A DNA stretch of 64,000 nt from the human T2T-CHM13v2.0 reference genome, Homo sapiens (GCF_009914755.1 NC_060935.1), one strand, 5' to 3'; shown: positions 17,325 through 45,622, numbered from the stretch's first letter. Program-made: numbers and translations. Notes: generated by a model not told the origin, from the sequence alone.

Positions 17325-17959
17325 TCACGGCAAAATGGGAACAATCTTCCAGGAACTGATGTCTTTGTGGTTGGCCCAGGAAAAAAATACCATGGCCATG
17401 TGGAATCCTTGGGGAATAAATGAGTCATTTTATAGGGAAGAATTTCCTGAATAGCTGAAGGTGAAACCTTTATGAGATGGGCATTTAAACTTTTAAATAG
17501 AAGTCCTTCTAAAATGGCCTCTTGGCCCCTGCATTTTAAAACACAGCACAAGGCACATTATTTCAGCAATCTCATTTTTAAGGTGGCACCCTAGAGCCTG
17601 CTGGCACCTGGAACTCCTCTTGTCAGCGTCTTACCTTCCCAACTTTCCCTCTCTCACCACAGTCCCCCCACCCCAACGCCCACCCTCCACCCGCTGGGCC
17701 TCCGCCACCTGACCTCCGCCCTCCCATCTCATCTCAACTCTCTGGTCCTGCCTCAGCCCTCTTTAGCACTGACAGTTATTCAAAGCTCAGCGGCCACACC
17801 CAGTGGATCAGCAGTTTTCTGTCTCTATTTGTGAAAGCTACAGAACTGGAAACTACTGAAGACTGTCCCAGAACCAGGCTGTGGATAATTACAGCAACAG
17901 GCAACGTTCCTTTGCCACAGGACACTTGATTTACATATTTTATGAAGTCCTTACACCCT

Positions 17960-18120
17960 CAAAAGCAGCCAAGCACAGGTGGTTTTAGCCACATTTTTAT
18001 GACGAAACTAAGTTTTACAGGTTAGATGAGCTTTGAAGGGGCACCTGGTTGATAAACGGTAGATAGATAACTTAATCCAGATCTTCTAACGCTAAATCCA
18101 CACACGTTGCTACTTCTTGA
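17960..18120 (-). mobile_element. MIR remnant
   Basis: ccacatttttatgacgaaactaag...ttaatccagatcttctaac. Confidence 0.5.
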
Positions 18121-18312
18121 ATCACCTAATCTTAAGGATCAGTTATCTAAAATCGCCCAGAAAATGGGCAGAAGGAGTGACAGTTGATTATCTGGTTACA
18201 AAGGGTTTCGACAATGTGACTGGTCTGGATGTCATTGTTAATAGCCCTTAGTAGAAGAAATAGATGAGGATGGAGGAGCTTTGTTAATTTAGTTTCAGAA
18301 GAGTTGGCTTCA

Positions 18313-18727
<415 letters not shown>

Positions 18728-18919
18728 TTATAACAGGATGCTGGCAGTTTGGCTCTTTGCAGAGAGTACACACCCCACACTCACGCAAACTGGCGTCACT
18801 TTAAATTTGTGACCACAGATCTCAAGTTGCCACCCAGCACTGCCCGGAAATGCTGCTGCATTTCTTAGCAAATTCGCCTGTCCCTTTTTCAAGATGACTG
18901 CTCCGCTCCTCTCCTCCAT

Positions 18920-18952
18920 CCTCCAGCCTCCAGCCTCCAGCCTCCAGCCTCC
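18920..18952. repeat. (CCTCCAG)4 heptamer tandem repeat
   Basis: cctccagcctccagcctccagcctccagcctcc. Confidence 0.9.
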
Positions 18953-19012
18953 CTCCCGTCTTGCTTTCAGTTCATGATTTTGCCTTGTGCACCAAGAAAA
19001 ATTAAGCCATGA

Positions 19013-19818
<806 letters not shown>

Positions 19819-19848
19819 TGAACTTGCTATTTTAAAATTGGATTTTCA

Positions 19849-20374
<526 letters not shown>

Positions 20375-20668
20375 CTATAAGGTGTTTCCTTGTGGAGCAG
20401 TAACAAACAGCTCCTGGACAGACACAGTCGGGAACCCCTTTTGAAGAGCTTTCCTCTAGATCCCACATCCTCCTGGCTTTCCTCCTCTCACACTTGCTGT
20501 TCCTCCCGTTTCCTTTGCTGCATCCTCTTCCTTTTCCTTTTCCTAGATCCCAGATGTTGGAGAGCCCCAAGGCTCAGCCCTTGGTCCTCTCTGTTCTTAC
20601 TCCATCCTCTCCCAGTTGGTGCCAAGCAGTCTCTTGGCTGTAAATATCACCTACACACTGATGGCCCT

Positions 20669-21473
<805 letters not shown>

Positions 21474-21498
21474 ACCCTCAATTTATATCTCTAGCCTG

Positions 21499-21803
<305 letters not shown>

Positions 21804-22514
21804 TTATATCTCTAGCTTGTACTGCTCCCCTGAACACCAGAGTTGTATATAGCCAGCTACACACCTGGCCTCTCTTCTTGGCTGTCTGTTAAGGATCCCA
21901 AACTTAACGTATCCAAAAGTAAAGTTTTGATTTTTTTTTTTTTTTTTTTTACCAGACTCTCTTCTCATTTCTCCCAACTCAGTAAATGACAAGGCCATTT
22001 AGCCAGCTGTCAAGTCCAAAAACTTAGAAGTCATCCTTGATTTGTCTCTCACCCCTGCCTCCTACATATCTAATTTATCAGCAATTTCCATCAGCTGTGC
22101 ATTCAAGCTGTTTCTTCTGCCAGCCATCATCGCATCTTGCCTCACTAGTTTATTTCAGGAAGACAAGAACTTACTTAATCACTGCTATCTCCCAGGCCTG
22201 GGATATGATAGATATCCAGTAAATATTTGTTAGATCAGTGAAGTAAAACCTTATTAATGCAAACATTCCCCTGATAGAGAATTTGTGATCATTTAAACAT
22301 AGGCTACAATGCAAATTAACAACATAACTAAGATAAGGAAGCATTTTAACTATGTAGAATAATAAACTGTTTATAAACAACATACCTGTTAATTATTTGT
22401 ATACTCATTATGATCCCTAAGTATCTCTTTTAAAAGACCTGGTTTACTTGGTTATGCAAAGCCTAGATCATTCCTTGCAGCTTATTTCAATACATTTAAA
22501 TTATATCCAAAACT

Positions 22515-22688
22515 TAGCCAGGCCTGGAGGCGCATGCCTGTAGTCCCAGCTACTTGAGGGGCTGAGGTGGGAGGATCACTTGAGCCCAGGAGGCAGAGAG
22601 GCAAAGGCTATAGTAAACCATGTTCATGACACTGCACTCCAGTGTGGGTGACAAAGTGAGATCCTGTCTTAAAAAAAAAAAAAAAAAA
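22515..22688 (+). mobile_element. AluJ right arm/FRAM
   Basis: Right monomer with polyA. Confidence 0.88.
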
Positions 22689-22840
22689 CTTAGAAAAATA
22701 GTATATCCTTGAAAGTAATATAATTGTACTTCTTTAAAAGAAAACAAATTCTACAATTCAAACTTTTGCAGTGATCACATTAGAAAGTATACCCTATAAA
22801 TGCCTTAAATTCTTGGTGTCTGTAGTCTCTACCTCGCCTA

Positions 22841-23243
<403 letters not shown>

Positions 23244-23525
23244 TCAGGCAACTCCCAACACCCTACTAAAACTTTCAGCAACACATCTCTTCAGTATATA
23301 TTCAGTGGCCCAAAATGTCATTTTCTCAGACAAATGGCTGCATATCATTCACTTCTTTGAAGTTCAGTTCAGCTCACAAAGTACTTCCTGAAGCCTTATC
23401 TCAGGTCAGACACAGTGCCGGGGTCAAGGGCTCAAAGATGAGTAAACAACACAAGGTCCCTGTCCTCTAGAATCTTCTTCCATTGAGGGATGATGATATT
23501 AGTTATATTAATTACATGGTGATTT

Positions 23526-23866
<341 letters not shown>

Positions 23867-24151
23867 CTACAGTAAGAGCTAGGGTTGGGGTGCATAATGT
23901 ATGGGCATGTGTGTACAGGTTGCTAAATAAAATTATAGGAGGCCATTGGTTTGGACTGAGCTCCTGCCCTAGGCCCAACAGATCAAACCAAAATGGAATT
24001 ATTCATGCTCAAGTTCCACACCACCAAGCCAAAACTGTTCATCTGACCTTCTGAGAAATCAGGAGAAAGAGGGATAACGGCCGAATCCTCAAAAAGGCCA
24101 GTTTCAGCCAGCATGATAAGGAAGTGTCCTCTGCTTTAGCCTTTACAAGGA

Positions 24152-24268
24152 GGTCAAACTTCCCATGCTGATCAGTAGTGGGACTGTGCCTGTGAAGAGT
24201 CACCGCACACCAGCCTGGGCAACATAGTGAGACCCCATCTCTAGCTTAAAACAAACAAAAAAATTAAA
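24152..24268 (+). pseudogene. 5'-truncated 7SL (SRP) RNA retrocopy, 3' about 90 nt plus A-rich tail
   Basis: ggtcaaacttcccatgctgatcagtagtggga...tgtgaagagtcac matches 7SL S-domain sequence absent from Alu; TSD ccttta(c/t)aagga at 24140-24151 and 24270-24281. Confidence 0.88.
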
Positions 24269-24402
24269 CCCTTTATAAGGACAGTAACTCTGAGACGACC
24301 CATCTGCTTTTTGTTCTCTGTTTCTGCTTTCCTCAGCTCTTTTCTGTCTTTAAAGTTAACCTCCTCTGCTCAGCTTCTTGGAACATTCATTTCATTTTGT
24401 AG

Positions 24403-25264
<862 letters not shown>

Positions 25265-25480
25265 TAATTCCACCAGGGGGAGAGGTGTCAGAAACAGAGA
25301 AGGTAACCTGTGAAACTGATTGAGTTCACAAAGTGGACAAGATAGGAAAAACAAAAAGCACAGTTCATCAATGTGTGTACTCAATCATAAACCAAAAATC
25401 ACATGAAAAACCTCATAGGGTTTAGAGAATAACTCTCATAACTAGAGCTCTGGCCCCTAGCTATCAAAACCACAAAAGTT

Positions 25481-26087
<607 letters not shown>

Positions 26088-26559
26088 AGCTGAGTTTAAA
26101 ACCCATCATCCAGATGCTCATTAATGCAGCCACAGAGTGGGGCTTGGGTGCTGATTAAAGAGTCCGACAGTGATCATCCCAGGTGGGCAACATCAATTTC
26201 AATGATGACTTCCACCAGATCATCATCTCCCGCCAACCTCCATCTGTCACCTCTTTTTTCTTTCAGGGAAAAAAAAAAACCAAAACTTCTAAACAGCCAC
26301 ATTGTTCACAATAATCCAGTGCTTACCCAGCTGCTGAACTTCAATAGAAGAACTAAATAATACAAGATGCTGGGCCTGTTCCAGTCCCCCGAGACCTGAC
26401 CGTCCCTGCTGGACAACTCAGATGCCTCATCCACCTGGGGTCAACCCCTGCAAGCTGAAAGAACGTCAGATTTTATTTATACCAATACGAAAGAAGGCTT
26501 TGGGGAGAAACTTTTGTCAGGCAAGAGCTTCAGCCTCCTGCATCCAGCTGCAGGGATGA

Positions 26560-26933
<374 letters not shown>

Positions 26934-27107
26934 AATTTTATACAATGTTTTAAATAATTTTGTGCATTAAACAGAATTTTGACTGTGACCTGTCACATGA
27001 GGTCAGGTGTGGAATTTTCCATTTGTGGCATCATGTCAGCACTCAAAAAAGTTTGGGTTTTGGGACATTTTGGATTTCGGATTTTTGGATTAGGGATGCT
27101 CAACCTG
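26934..27107 (-). mobile_element. Tigger4/MER46 (TcMar-Tigger) fragment with one TIR
   Basis: cacatgaggtcaggtgtggaattttcca...ggattagggatgctcaacctg. Confidence 0.85.
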
Positions 27108-28169
27108 CACTATCACTGTACATGTTGCAAATGGGGAAGGTGAGGTTCAGAGCCCAGTAAAGGCCTGCTTGGGGGCCAGGCAGCCCATGGCAGGTGAAGC
27201 CGGACATGCCCTGAGGCCTGGGTGTGGGAGACTGGCCGGGATGCGGGTACCCACAGGCACCCCTCAGCCCCGCACACTGGCAGTTAGGAGAAAGAGAATG
27301 GCAGAGAGAAAGGGATCTGAGAAAAGCAAGAAGAGCACAAATGAAGAAAGGGAGAGGTGAGATGGACAGGGAGAGGGGTGGAGAGATAGAGGAAGGCCCA
27401 TCTGCCCAATCCCTGGGTGACTTAAGGGCTGCTACGACCACTCGCCCCAGGGTCTGGGTCATCTCCCCTTGGAGCCAGGAGGCTGCCCATGACCCGGGTC
27501 CTCCTCAGGAGGAAGCACGCACAGCCCCCTTGTTGAGGCAGAGGGCTGGCTCCGTATCAGTCCTTCCCTGTGCCCACAGGCCCCCTTTCCCACATCTCTG
27601 GCCTCCTTGCCTTCACTGACTTCCCATGCCGTCACACCACCTGCCTCTAGACCTAGAGTGGGCCCAGCCCCGGCCTCCACTTGGATTGACCTCTGTGGCT
27701 CTCACCCGACTCCTCTCACCCTCTGTAGACCGCACAGCCAGACACCCACCTGACCCAGACCCTCCCCACTGCTGGCCTTCCTTTATCAGCTCCTTGCCTT
27801 CCCCTCTGACCCATGGCTCACTGACCCTCCCTGCATGGGCCAGTCCTCAGAACTGTTCTTCTACTGTCCTTCCACTCTGAGTTCTTAGGCTTTTGTCAAC
27901 ACCCCAGCCCTCAGCAATGCCTGCCAGAAACCACCCCAATCCCAAGGCCCCACTGTCACCCTTACCCAAATCTCCTCCTTCCCGCCTCTCAGCCCACACT
28001 CACTGATGAGTCATCATCCAGCCCTCACCATCCCTATGAAGTCAACCCTCAAACCCTGTGCCAGGACAGCACAGCCCCCACCCCCTGCCACCATCCTCTC
28101 CTATAAATTCTCAAAGAATGGTCCAGACTCCTACATGAGAACTACCAGGGCCCTTTGCTTAAAATACTG

Positions 28170-28263
28170 TGACAGTGAAATAAGCCAGACACAAAAAGAC
28201 AAATGCTGTATAACTCCACTTATCTGAGGTACCTGCAGTAGTAAAATTCACGAAACAAAGTAG
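28170..28263 (+). mobile_element. L1M 3' fragment
   Basis: agtgaaataagccagacacaaaaagacaaat...ccacttatctgaggtacct. Confidence 0.8.
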
Positions 28264-29466
<1,203 letters not shown>

Positions 29467-29467
29467 T

Positions 29468-30000
<533 letters not shown>

Positions 30001-30462
30001 GAATTGCTGCCGCTTCTTAGCTGCGTAAGCTCGGCCAAGTTGCCAAAACTCTGCAGCCTCAATTTCCCCACCTGCGAATGGACACGAGGCCTTCCTCACA
30101 AGGATCTTGTGAGAGTCACATGAGATAAGGAATATAAAGAGCCAGGGACTGACAGCTGGTTGACAAAAGTGAGCTGGACATTTAGTCAGTTTGCGGACAT
30201 ACACTGAGCACCCCGTGCTGGGTCCTGGAAATAGGAGAGTGAGCAAACAATGTCCCAACATCCTGGTGCTTGAAGACAGTGGGGTGTCTTCCTTCTCCCA
30301 CCTTCAGGCCTCTGAAAAGCTACCTGCTGGAAAGGAACATCTGGCAACAGGTAGGGAGGATCCTGACCTCAGAGGCTGGTGAGGAAGAGGGACCCAGGAG
30401 AAGCCGCTGCACTGGCAGGGACAGTGACAGAGGCGAGGTGCAGAGGGTCATCAGGGCACTTA

Positions 30463-30910
<448 letters not shown>

Positions 30911-31041
30911 CTAAATGATGAGCACTCATAAACACAAAGAAGGGAGCAACTGACACTGAGGTCTATTGGGTTGGTGCAAAAGTAACTGCACTTTTGCATT
31001 GTTGAAATTTGCGTTTGATATTGGAATATATTCTTAAATAA

Positions 31042-31362
<321 letters not shown>

Positions 31363-31439
31363 TGAAGGCGCATTTCTCGCCTTAAGTTTTTTTGCTAATG
31401 ACTTATTACTTGCTGTTTATTTTATGTTTATTTTAGACT

Positions 31440-32727
<1,288 letters not shown>

Positions 32728-32852
32728 TAAAGATGTGTTTGAGCCTAGTTATAATGATTTCAAATACATGGTCTGAAGCCGCAATTATTTTTGCACCAAT
32801 ACTTGAGGGTGGAGGGTGGGAGGAGGAGAGAGAGAAGCAGAAAAGATAACTA

Positions 32853-33497
<645 letters not shown>

Positions 33498-33904
33498 TCA
33501 AAATCCTCCCAGGAATTCCTCTCCGCAGGACTCAGTGCTATCTTAAGAGCAGAGCCCCTGGCCTCCCATCTCCTCCCCCACTATTCCAGGTGGTTTCTTA
33601 GAATGGCCTCTCACCACCACCCGCAGCCTCACCCAGCAGATCTGGTCAGGTCTGGTCAGCACACACATTCGCTCTTCTTCTCAGCTAGGGCCCAGGGGCT
33701 AAGCAGGAGCTGGGGCTGAGCCCCTGAGGTCTTTTCACACTAAGACTGGACCCTCCAGCCCCTGACAGGGCTCACCCCAGGGCTCCCCAACAAATTCAGG
33801 AGAGCAATGATACAAGAATGCCTCTTCTTTGATTTTGTTCTTGTCCTTTACTTCTCCCAAATTATTGCCCCTAGCAATGCCTAGAAAACAGGACAGGGTG
33901 CCGG

Positions 33905-34235
33905 GTGCCGGTGGCTCACTCCTGCAATCCCAGCAGTTTGGGAGGCCAAGGTTGGGGCTTGGAGATGGAGATTGCTTGAGCCCAGGAGTTCCTGACCAAC
34001 CTAGGCAACACGGCAAGACCTCATCTCTACAACAACAACGACAAAAATTAGCTGGGCATGGTGGCACACGCCTGTGGTCCTAGCTACTCAGGAGACTGAG
34101 GTGCGAGGATCGCTTGAACCCAGGAGATCGATCCTCCTGCAGTGAGCCGTGATCATACCACTGCACTCCAGCCTGGGTGACAGAATGAGACCCTGCCTCA
34201 AAAAAAAAAAAAAAAAAAGAGAGAGAAAAGAAAAG
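33905..34235 (+). mobile_element. AluJ
   Basis: J-type dimer. Confidence 0.9.
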
Positions 34236-34314
34236 AGCAAAAGAGGAAAATGTACACCATTAATACACCATTAAAAAAATCCCTCCTAGGCCTTTGATGA
34301 CACTGTTTCACTAA

Positions 34315-34913
<599 letters not shown>

Positions 34914-35825
34914 CCCTTTTTTTTTTAAGAGAGCCATTACTTGGGTAGTTTGGGGTCTGCGAAGTGCTAAAAATACTAGAAAATTACCTGAATATTTTTG
35001 TCAGGCCAACATTTTTGTCTTGGGTACAAGGAGGGTGGGAAGTTTGCCAGACTGCTCATAAGCCTTCTATTAAGATGTTTCCCTAAGAACCTGTCACCAT
35101 GCAGAGGGGAATACCCCATACAAGCAGCAGGTCTCCATCTCCCCAACCAAATGCCTTCCATTCCCTTCTTCCACGACGCACGAAACAGATAAGGCATGAA
35201 ATCAAAGCTCTCTTTCCAGAACCGGCTCTCCAAGTGGGTGATCCATTCCTGCATGCAATCTTGTCCTTTTGCCTGTTTAACTGTGAAACTATTCTTGAAA
35301 GTATTCCAAAGTGGCTTTAGGGAATATTCATATCTTGACTGTTTTTCACTTCAATAAAAAGTTAAGGCAAACTTGGCCCATTCCGGGGAGCTGGAATCCA
35401 GAGGGGAGGGAGATGAGGTCCCAGTGCTCCTTCTGGCTGGGTTCTGCCGGATTTATAGGAGGGCCTCACACCCCTCACCCCTGATTTCAAGCAGGAGGGT
35501 AGCAGGCAGAGCTTGGGAAGCCTCACCCGGACCCTGCCACCTGCCAGGAAGGTCAGGGCCCTGCTCCCCTGCCTGTGCCCACTGCTGGGAGCAGCCTGGA
35601 CCCAGTGGCCAGCTGTCCTGGACAGTGACAGCCACAGAACCCTCAGCCCTGCCAATCTTGCCTCGGATCCTTTCTAAATCCCTTTAGCAGTTGATACTTT
35701 AGGGGTGGGAGGAAATAAATCTCAAGGGTTAAATTAAATTTCTGCTTGTGACAGAGTTCACTCCAGGTACATCCATTCAGAGGCTAATCAGGCAAACCTG
35801 AGATTAACAGAGAAAGGCCTGACTT

Positions 35826-36223
<398 letters not shown>

Positions 36224-36498
36224 CTATGCAAGGAATTCTGCGTGCAGTTAAAAAAAAAAAAAAAAAAAAAAAAGCCTGGATTTGCTGCCTTCTGGTCTGA
36301 CCAAGTTGGAATGCGCAGCGTGAAGAAATGCTCGTTGCCTAGGCAGGAACAGCCATCCACAGGAAAACAGACCTCAGTAAATAATGTCCTCGACCTTCCC
36401 CCAAAAGCCCAGAGGCTGCCTCCTGTGAGTAACCGATGAAACCCGAGGCGCTCCTGTAGCTCCTGGGCTGATCCCTCTCCAGGAGATGACTTGGATGA

Positions 36499-36838
<340 letters not shown>

Positions 36839-36992
36839 TTGGGCTTCCCCTTTCTTCCATTTCCCTTGCACCATCTTTGTCTGGACCCTCAGGGTCTCGT
36901 CCCTGCCTCCACACCTCCCACCCTCAAACCTACCATTGCTACCCAAAAACCTCCCTAGACCTCAGCTTCTAGCAAGTCACCCTTCAATACTC

Positions 36993-37317
<325 letters not shown>

Positions 37318-37585
37318 CTTCAATACTCTTTAAAGTCTGAGTTCTTCAACCCTCTGCCTTGATGTTAAGACCTTTTACGATCCATCTCCGCCCTCTTGCC
37401 CCATCTCCCCCACCATTCCCCAATGCATGCCCTGTGTCGGGTGAGGTCAGTCTCTCTTCCCTGCTGGGTCAGCCATGCTCACTCCATCCCTGGCCCGTCA
37501 CTCATGTTGTCTACATGTGGAGCTCTCCTTCAAGGCCCAGCTCATATCTCTCTTCCTCCATGAAACCTTCATCAAGATGTATTTA

Positions 37586-37877
37586 GGCCGGGTGCAGTGG
37601 CTCACATCTGTAATCCCAGCACTTTGGGAGCCCAAGGCGGACTGCTCACTTGAGGCCCGGAGTTCGAGACCATCCTGGCCAACATGGGGAAACCCCATCT
37701 CTACTAAAAATACAAAATTTATCCGGGCGTGGTGGTGCGTGCCTGTAGTTCCAGCTACTCAGGAAGCTGAGGCAGGAGAATCATTTGAGCCCAGGAGGCA
37801 AAGGTTGCAGTGAGCTGAGATCGCGCCACTGCACTCCAGCCTAAGTGACAGAGCGAGACTGTCTCAAAAAAAAAAAA
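37586..37877 (+). mobile_element. AluS
   Basis: Full dimer. Confidence 0.95.
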
Positions 37878-37884
37878 TGTAGTA

Positions 37885-38130
37885 TTTAACAGAAAGGACT
37901 CTGGAGCCCCCCTGGGTTCAAATACTGGCTTTGCCCTTCCGTTCTCTCAATGACTTTGGGCAAATTACCTAATCCTTCTGTGCCTCAGATTCCTCCACTG
38001 CCAAATCGGGATATAATTGCACCTACTCACGAGAGCTACCGTGAGGATGAAATAAATGACATCACATAAAGCATTTACGCCATGCCCGACACATAGAAAG
38101 CACCTCAGAGGGTGAGTGCTTACTGTTACC
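37885..38130 (+). mobile_element. Near full-length MIR
   Basis: ggactctggagcc...ctgggttcaaatactggct...ctgtgcctcagattcctccactg...gtgaggatgaaataa. Confidence 0.9.
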
Positions 38131-38898
38131 TGAGCATGCCATCCCTCCCTCATACTCTTTTCCCCAGAATGTCTCCATCTAGCATGGTAGAGACCACACC
38201 TGTCAAATTCATCTTGTACTGCTCACTGCAATTTCATGTGTAGCAAAGAGGAACAGGAACATTTTATCTGTAATCGTAGCATCGATAAGCAATAGCTTAT
38301 TCATGAATGTAAAATATTCCTCATTCGTAATGTGCAGAATAAGCAGGAGAACTGGCCCTGCTTCCTCCTGGTATAATTTAACCCTTAAGAGGCCTAGGAG
38401 GAAAAAGACAGGGCAAACTATCAGGAACACAAAGACACACAAAAACGTCCACAGGATGGTCATTTGAACACCAAAAGGACAATCATTTGAACGACATGGT
38501 TTCACACCAAGAAGCACTGCCTGGAGAGTGACCTGGTCAGAGGTGGGAAACTCCACCAGCATCTGTTCCTCCTGAAAGTGAACAGCAGCCGAGTGACAGA
38601 AGACCCCGAAGGCCCAGGGCCCAAGGGACGCTACGTGGCAACAGCATCGGGGTAGGGTGGGCTGCAGGCCTTCTGCTTTACCAGAAGAATGCTGCAGGCT
38701 CATGAATCAATCAGTTCAGAGCTCAGGATGATACGGGAGTCGGGGGCCACTCAGCCTTTTCTGGCCTCCATTCCTTCAGCTTTAATTTGAAGAGAACTGG
38801 TGGAAACAGAGGATCACTAACAAATCATCCAGTTCTGAAATTCTGTCCTGTGCCAAAATGATCTACACAACACTCTCTACATAGATCAAGAAAGGGCG

Positions 38899-40543
<1,645 letters not shown>

Positions 40544-40552
40544 TTTGACTTA

Positions 40553-42210
<1,658 letters not shown>

Positions 42211-42614
42211 TTTTTTTTTCTTTACATAGATGGAGAACTCACAGATTGGCCCACTGGCAAGGGTCCTATGAGGTTTTAGAGGTTTATAAACACAAGCTCA
42301 AATGAAAAATTACCCTAGAGTTTTCCCATGGTTAGCTGTGAGTACAGGAATATCTGCCCCCATCCCACCAAGAGGGCTTCAGAATAGAGAGAGAGGGTTC
42401 ACTGAGTAAGGAGCGGCAGACTCCAAATAGACGCCTATTCCAGACCAGAGAACATCGTGAAAGAGGAGAGGACTGGAATAAGATGGTCAGAGAAGCAAAA
42501 TGAGCTAAGGGGTTTGAAACAACAGAACAGAAACATTGTGGACCACCAGTGGTGCGGGACGTCTGGTGACAGCTTAGGTGACCAGTCCAGTGTGAAGCTG
42601 ATAAAGGGGTATAA

Positions 42615-42835
42615 TTACAACAGCTAACGTTTATTAAGCACTTACTGTATGTCAGGCACCACTATAAACGCTGCCCAGGCAATAGTTCGCTTTATCTTCA
42701 CAACCACCATCTAAGGGATGTTATCATCCTGATCTCACAGATGAAAGAAAAACTGGAACATGCCCCAACGTAGAGTAGCAAAGACAGGATTTGAACCCAG
42801 GCAGTCCAGTTTCTGAGCAGAGCTCCTAACCATGA
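42615..42835 (-). mobile_element. MIR
   Basis: ttattaagcacttactgtatgtcaggcac...caggatttgaacccaggcagtc. Confidence 0.85.
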
Positions 42836-42966
42836 GGGTATGTGGCGTAAGGCAGGACAGTATGACATCCAACACAATGAGTTTATAGGTTTCTGTTTGT
42901 AGCTTCAACTCTCCAGCACCTCACCCCTCAAAACCGCCTTCAACATTTAGGACACAGCGTAAGTGT

Positions 42967-43071
42967 CTTTTTTTTTTGAGACGGAGTCTCGCACTGTCGC
43001 CTGTGGCGCAGTCTCGGCTCACTGCAACCTCCCCCTCCCGGGTTCAAGCGATTCACCTGCCTCAACCTCCC
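42967..43071 (-). mobile_element. Truncated Alu right-arm fragment
   Basis: Alu 3' end only. Confidence 0.85.
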
Positions 43072-43851
43072 ATGATGTCTTGATTCAAAAGCTCTGCTGC
43101 TCTCAACTGCACAGACTTGTCTTCAAGTCCAGCAATACTTCTCTGATTTTCCACTTATTTACCAAAATGACCCTGTATGCAGCTGACTGAAGTGTTACCG
43201 TGAGAAAACCATGTAATGTTCAAACGGGTTTTTTGATATTAAAAGAAACAGCAGTACCCCCTTGAGAAGTCGACTTAGAGAAAGCTGGAGGCTCACGGCG
43301 GGGACAGGAAAGGCTTGTTTCTCACATGCCCGTGAAGTGATGTTTACACAAGACTCCAGCTTCAAAGCCCATGAAAGTGGGGGACACGCAAGTTGGTTTC
43401 TAAGGAAACATCCATGATCAGGGGAAAGAGGCGTCTCTGGCAAGGAGAACTATAATCTTTCTCCTGTACTTTAAACCAAGGCATGAGAAGATGAAAAGCC
43501 ACGGAAGTTCCTCTAAGCTCCACAGACTTTCTCTGAATCCCTGTGACTGGCTGCTTTAATTCTGCCACCTTCCGTGCCTGGCTCTGCAAAGGTGCTCAGT
43601 AAATAAACGTTCATTGAATGAACAGACATTATGCACCCAGTGTACAAGTCCTTTGAGAAAAGGGGTCAAATCCCAATTCCCTTGAAATCCCGAGACATTT
43701 AATTTAATCAATGTTGAAGTAAAGTGTACAACAAAAAGTGCTGCATTTGGCAACACAAACACTAGAACCCAGTCCCCAAAGAGCAATAGAGAAATGGCCA
43801 CCATGTAAGCACTGGGAAGCCAGCCAGCGGAGCTTGCCATCATCTGTCTAG

Positions 43852-44161
<310 letters not shown>

Positions 44162-44408
44162 CATCTGTCTAGTTTATATTCCATGCAGACTGTGCTGTAG
44201 ATCCTCCTGGGCCCTACTGAGTGTGAAGTCTAGTGGAGGCCCAGCACCAGGGGAGCCAAAACAGGGATGCCTGGGCAGCATGGGAGAGCACAGAGAAGGG
44301 GCCCTGAGCCCAGACTTGGAGGCTCAGGTGGGCCTGGAGTGGTGGTTCAAAGGCCCAGGAAGACAGGGGGCAGAGGGGTTTGGAAGAGCACAATAAAGAC
44401 ACAGGAGC

Positions 44409-44729
<321 letters not shown>

Positions 44730-44759
44730 TCATGGATGTGGGGACCAGCACTAGGGTGT

Positions 44760-45620
44760 TGCTGGAGTGAAAAGCCCACATGGGAAGTGGTGCGGGCTGA
44801 GCCAAGAGCTGAGCCATGGCATCTTTGGGTGCTGAGCCAAGGATGTGAACTTCACCCCGAGAGCCATGAGCAGCCACTGAAGAATTTCAAGGAGGGGAGT
44901 AACATGATTTGATTCTTTTATTTTAAACTAACCACTATTTAAGCTCAGTCTATCCATGGAGGAAAAGAGCTAAGACAGGCAGACAGTTAGGAGGCGATTG
45001 TAGCAAATAATACAAACCAAAAACATTGGAAATGTTAAGAAGGTGGGTGACTGGTGTGGTAGCCAGATGGTTAGCAGAGCTGACCAGAGACGGTAAGGAC
45101 GGGGATGGAGAGACAGGGAGAGGGGGAGTGGAGGGGAGCCCAGATGTGCAGCCCTGGAGCTCGGAAGAGAAGCAGGCCTGAGAGCCACAGAGCCCCAAGA
45201 GGTTGCCCGGAGAGAGAGTCCCGAGTGAGAAAAACAAAAACCCATGACAGGTCCTTGGGAAATTCTGCCACTTTCGAGGTTGTGGGAAGAGGGGAGCCCA
45301 TAAAGGGCCTAGGAAGGGAGGGCAAAGTCATCCTAACCAAACAGACGTCAACATGAAGGCGATATCACCAATCAGAGGGGGCAGGGTGTTTCATGGAAGG
45401 AGAGGGCACAGCACCAAGTGCCCAGAGATTTCCCTGGGCACTCATATCAATGAAGTGGAATCAGCAAGAGCAGTATTGAGTGGCAGGGTGGAAGCCTGGG
45501 AACGGGAAGTGGGGGGACTGGAGTGAAGGGAAGATGAGGAAGAGGCGACAGGAATGGAACAGGCAATGCTTTCCAGTTGGCTCTCAAAGAATAGCACCAC
45601 AGCAAGAGGGGTTCGGGCTT
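44760..45620 (-). mobile_element. L2 remnant, degenerate
   Basis: gagcagccactgaagaatttcaaggaggggagtaacatgat...cagttaggaggcgattgtagcaa. Confidence 0.6.
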
Positions 45621-45622
45621 GA

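Noticed and set aside
27100-27880. Cluster of overlapping GC-rich ORFs
   Set aside because: Low-complexity, stop-poor GC sequence with no homology I recognise
38209-38703. 164-aa non-Alu ORF on the - strand
   Set aside because: No recognisable domain and no supported splice or promoter context; compatible with chance
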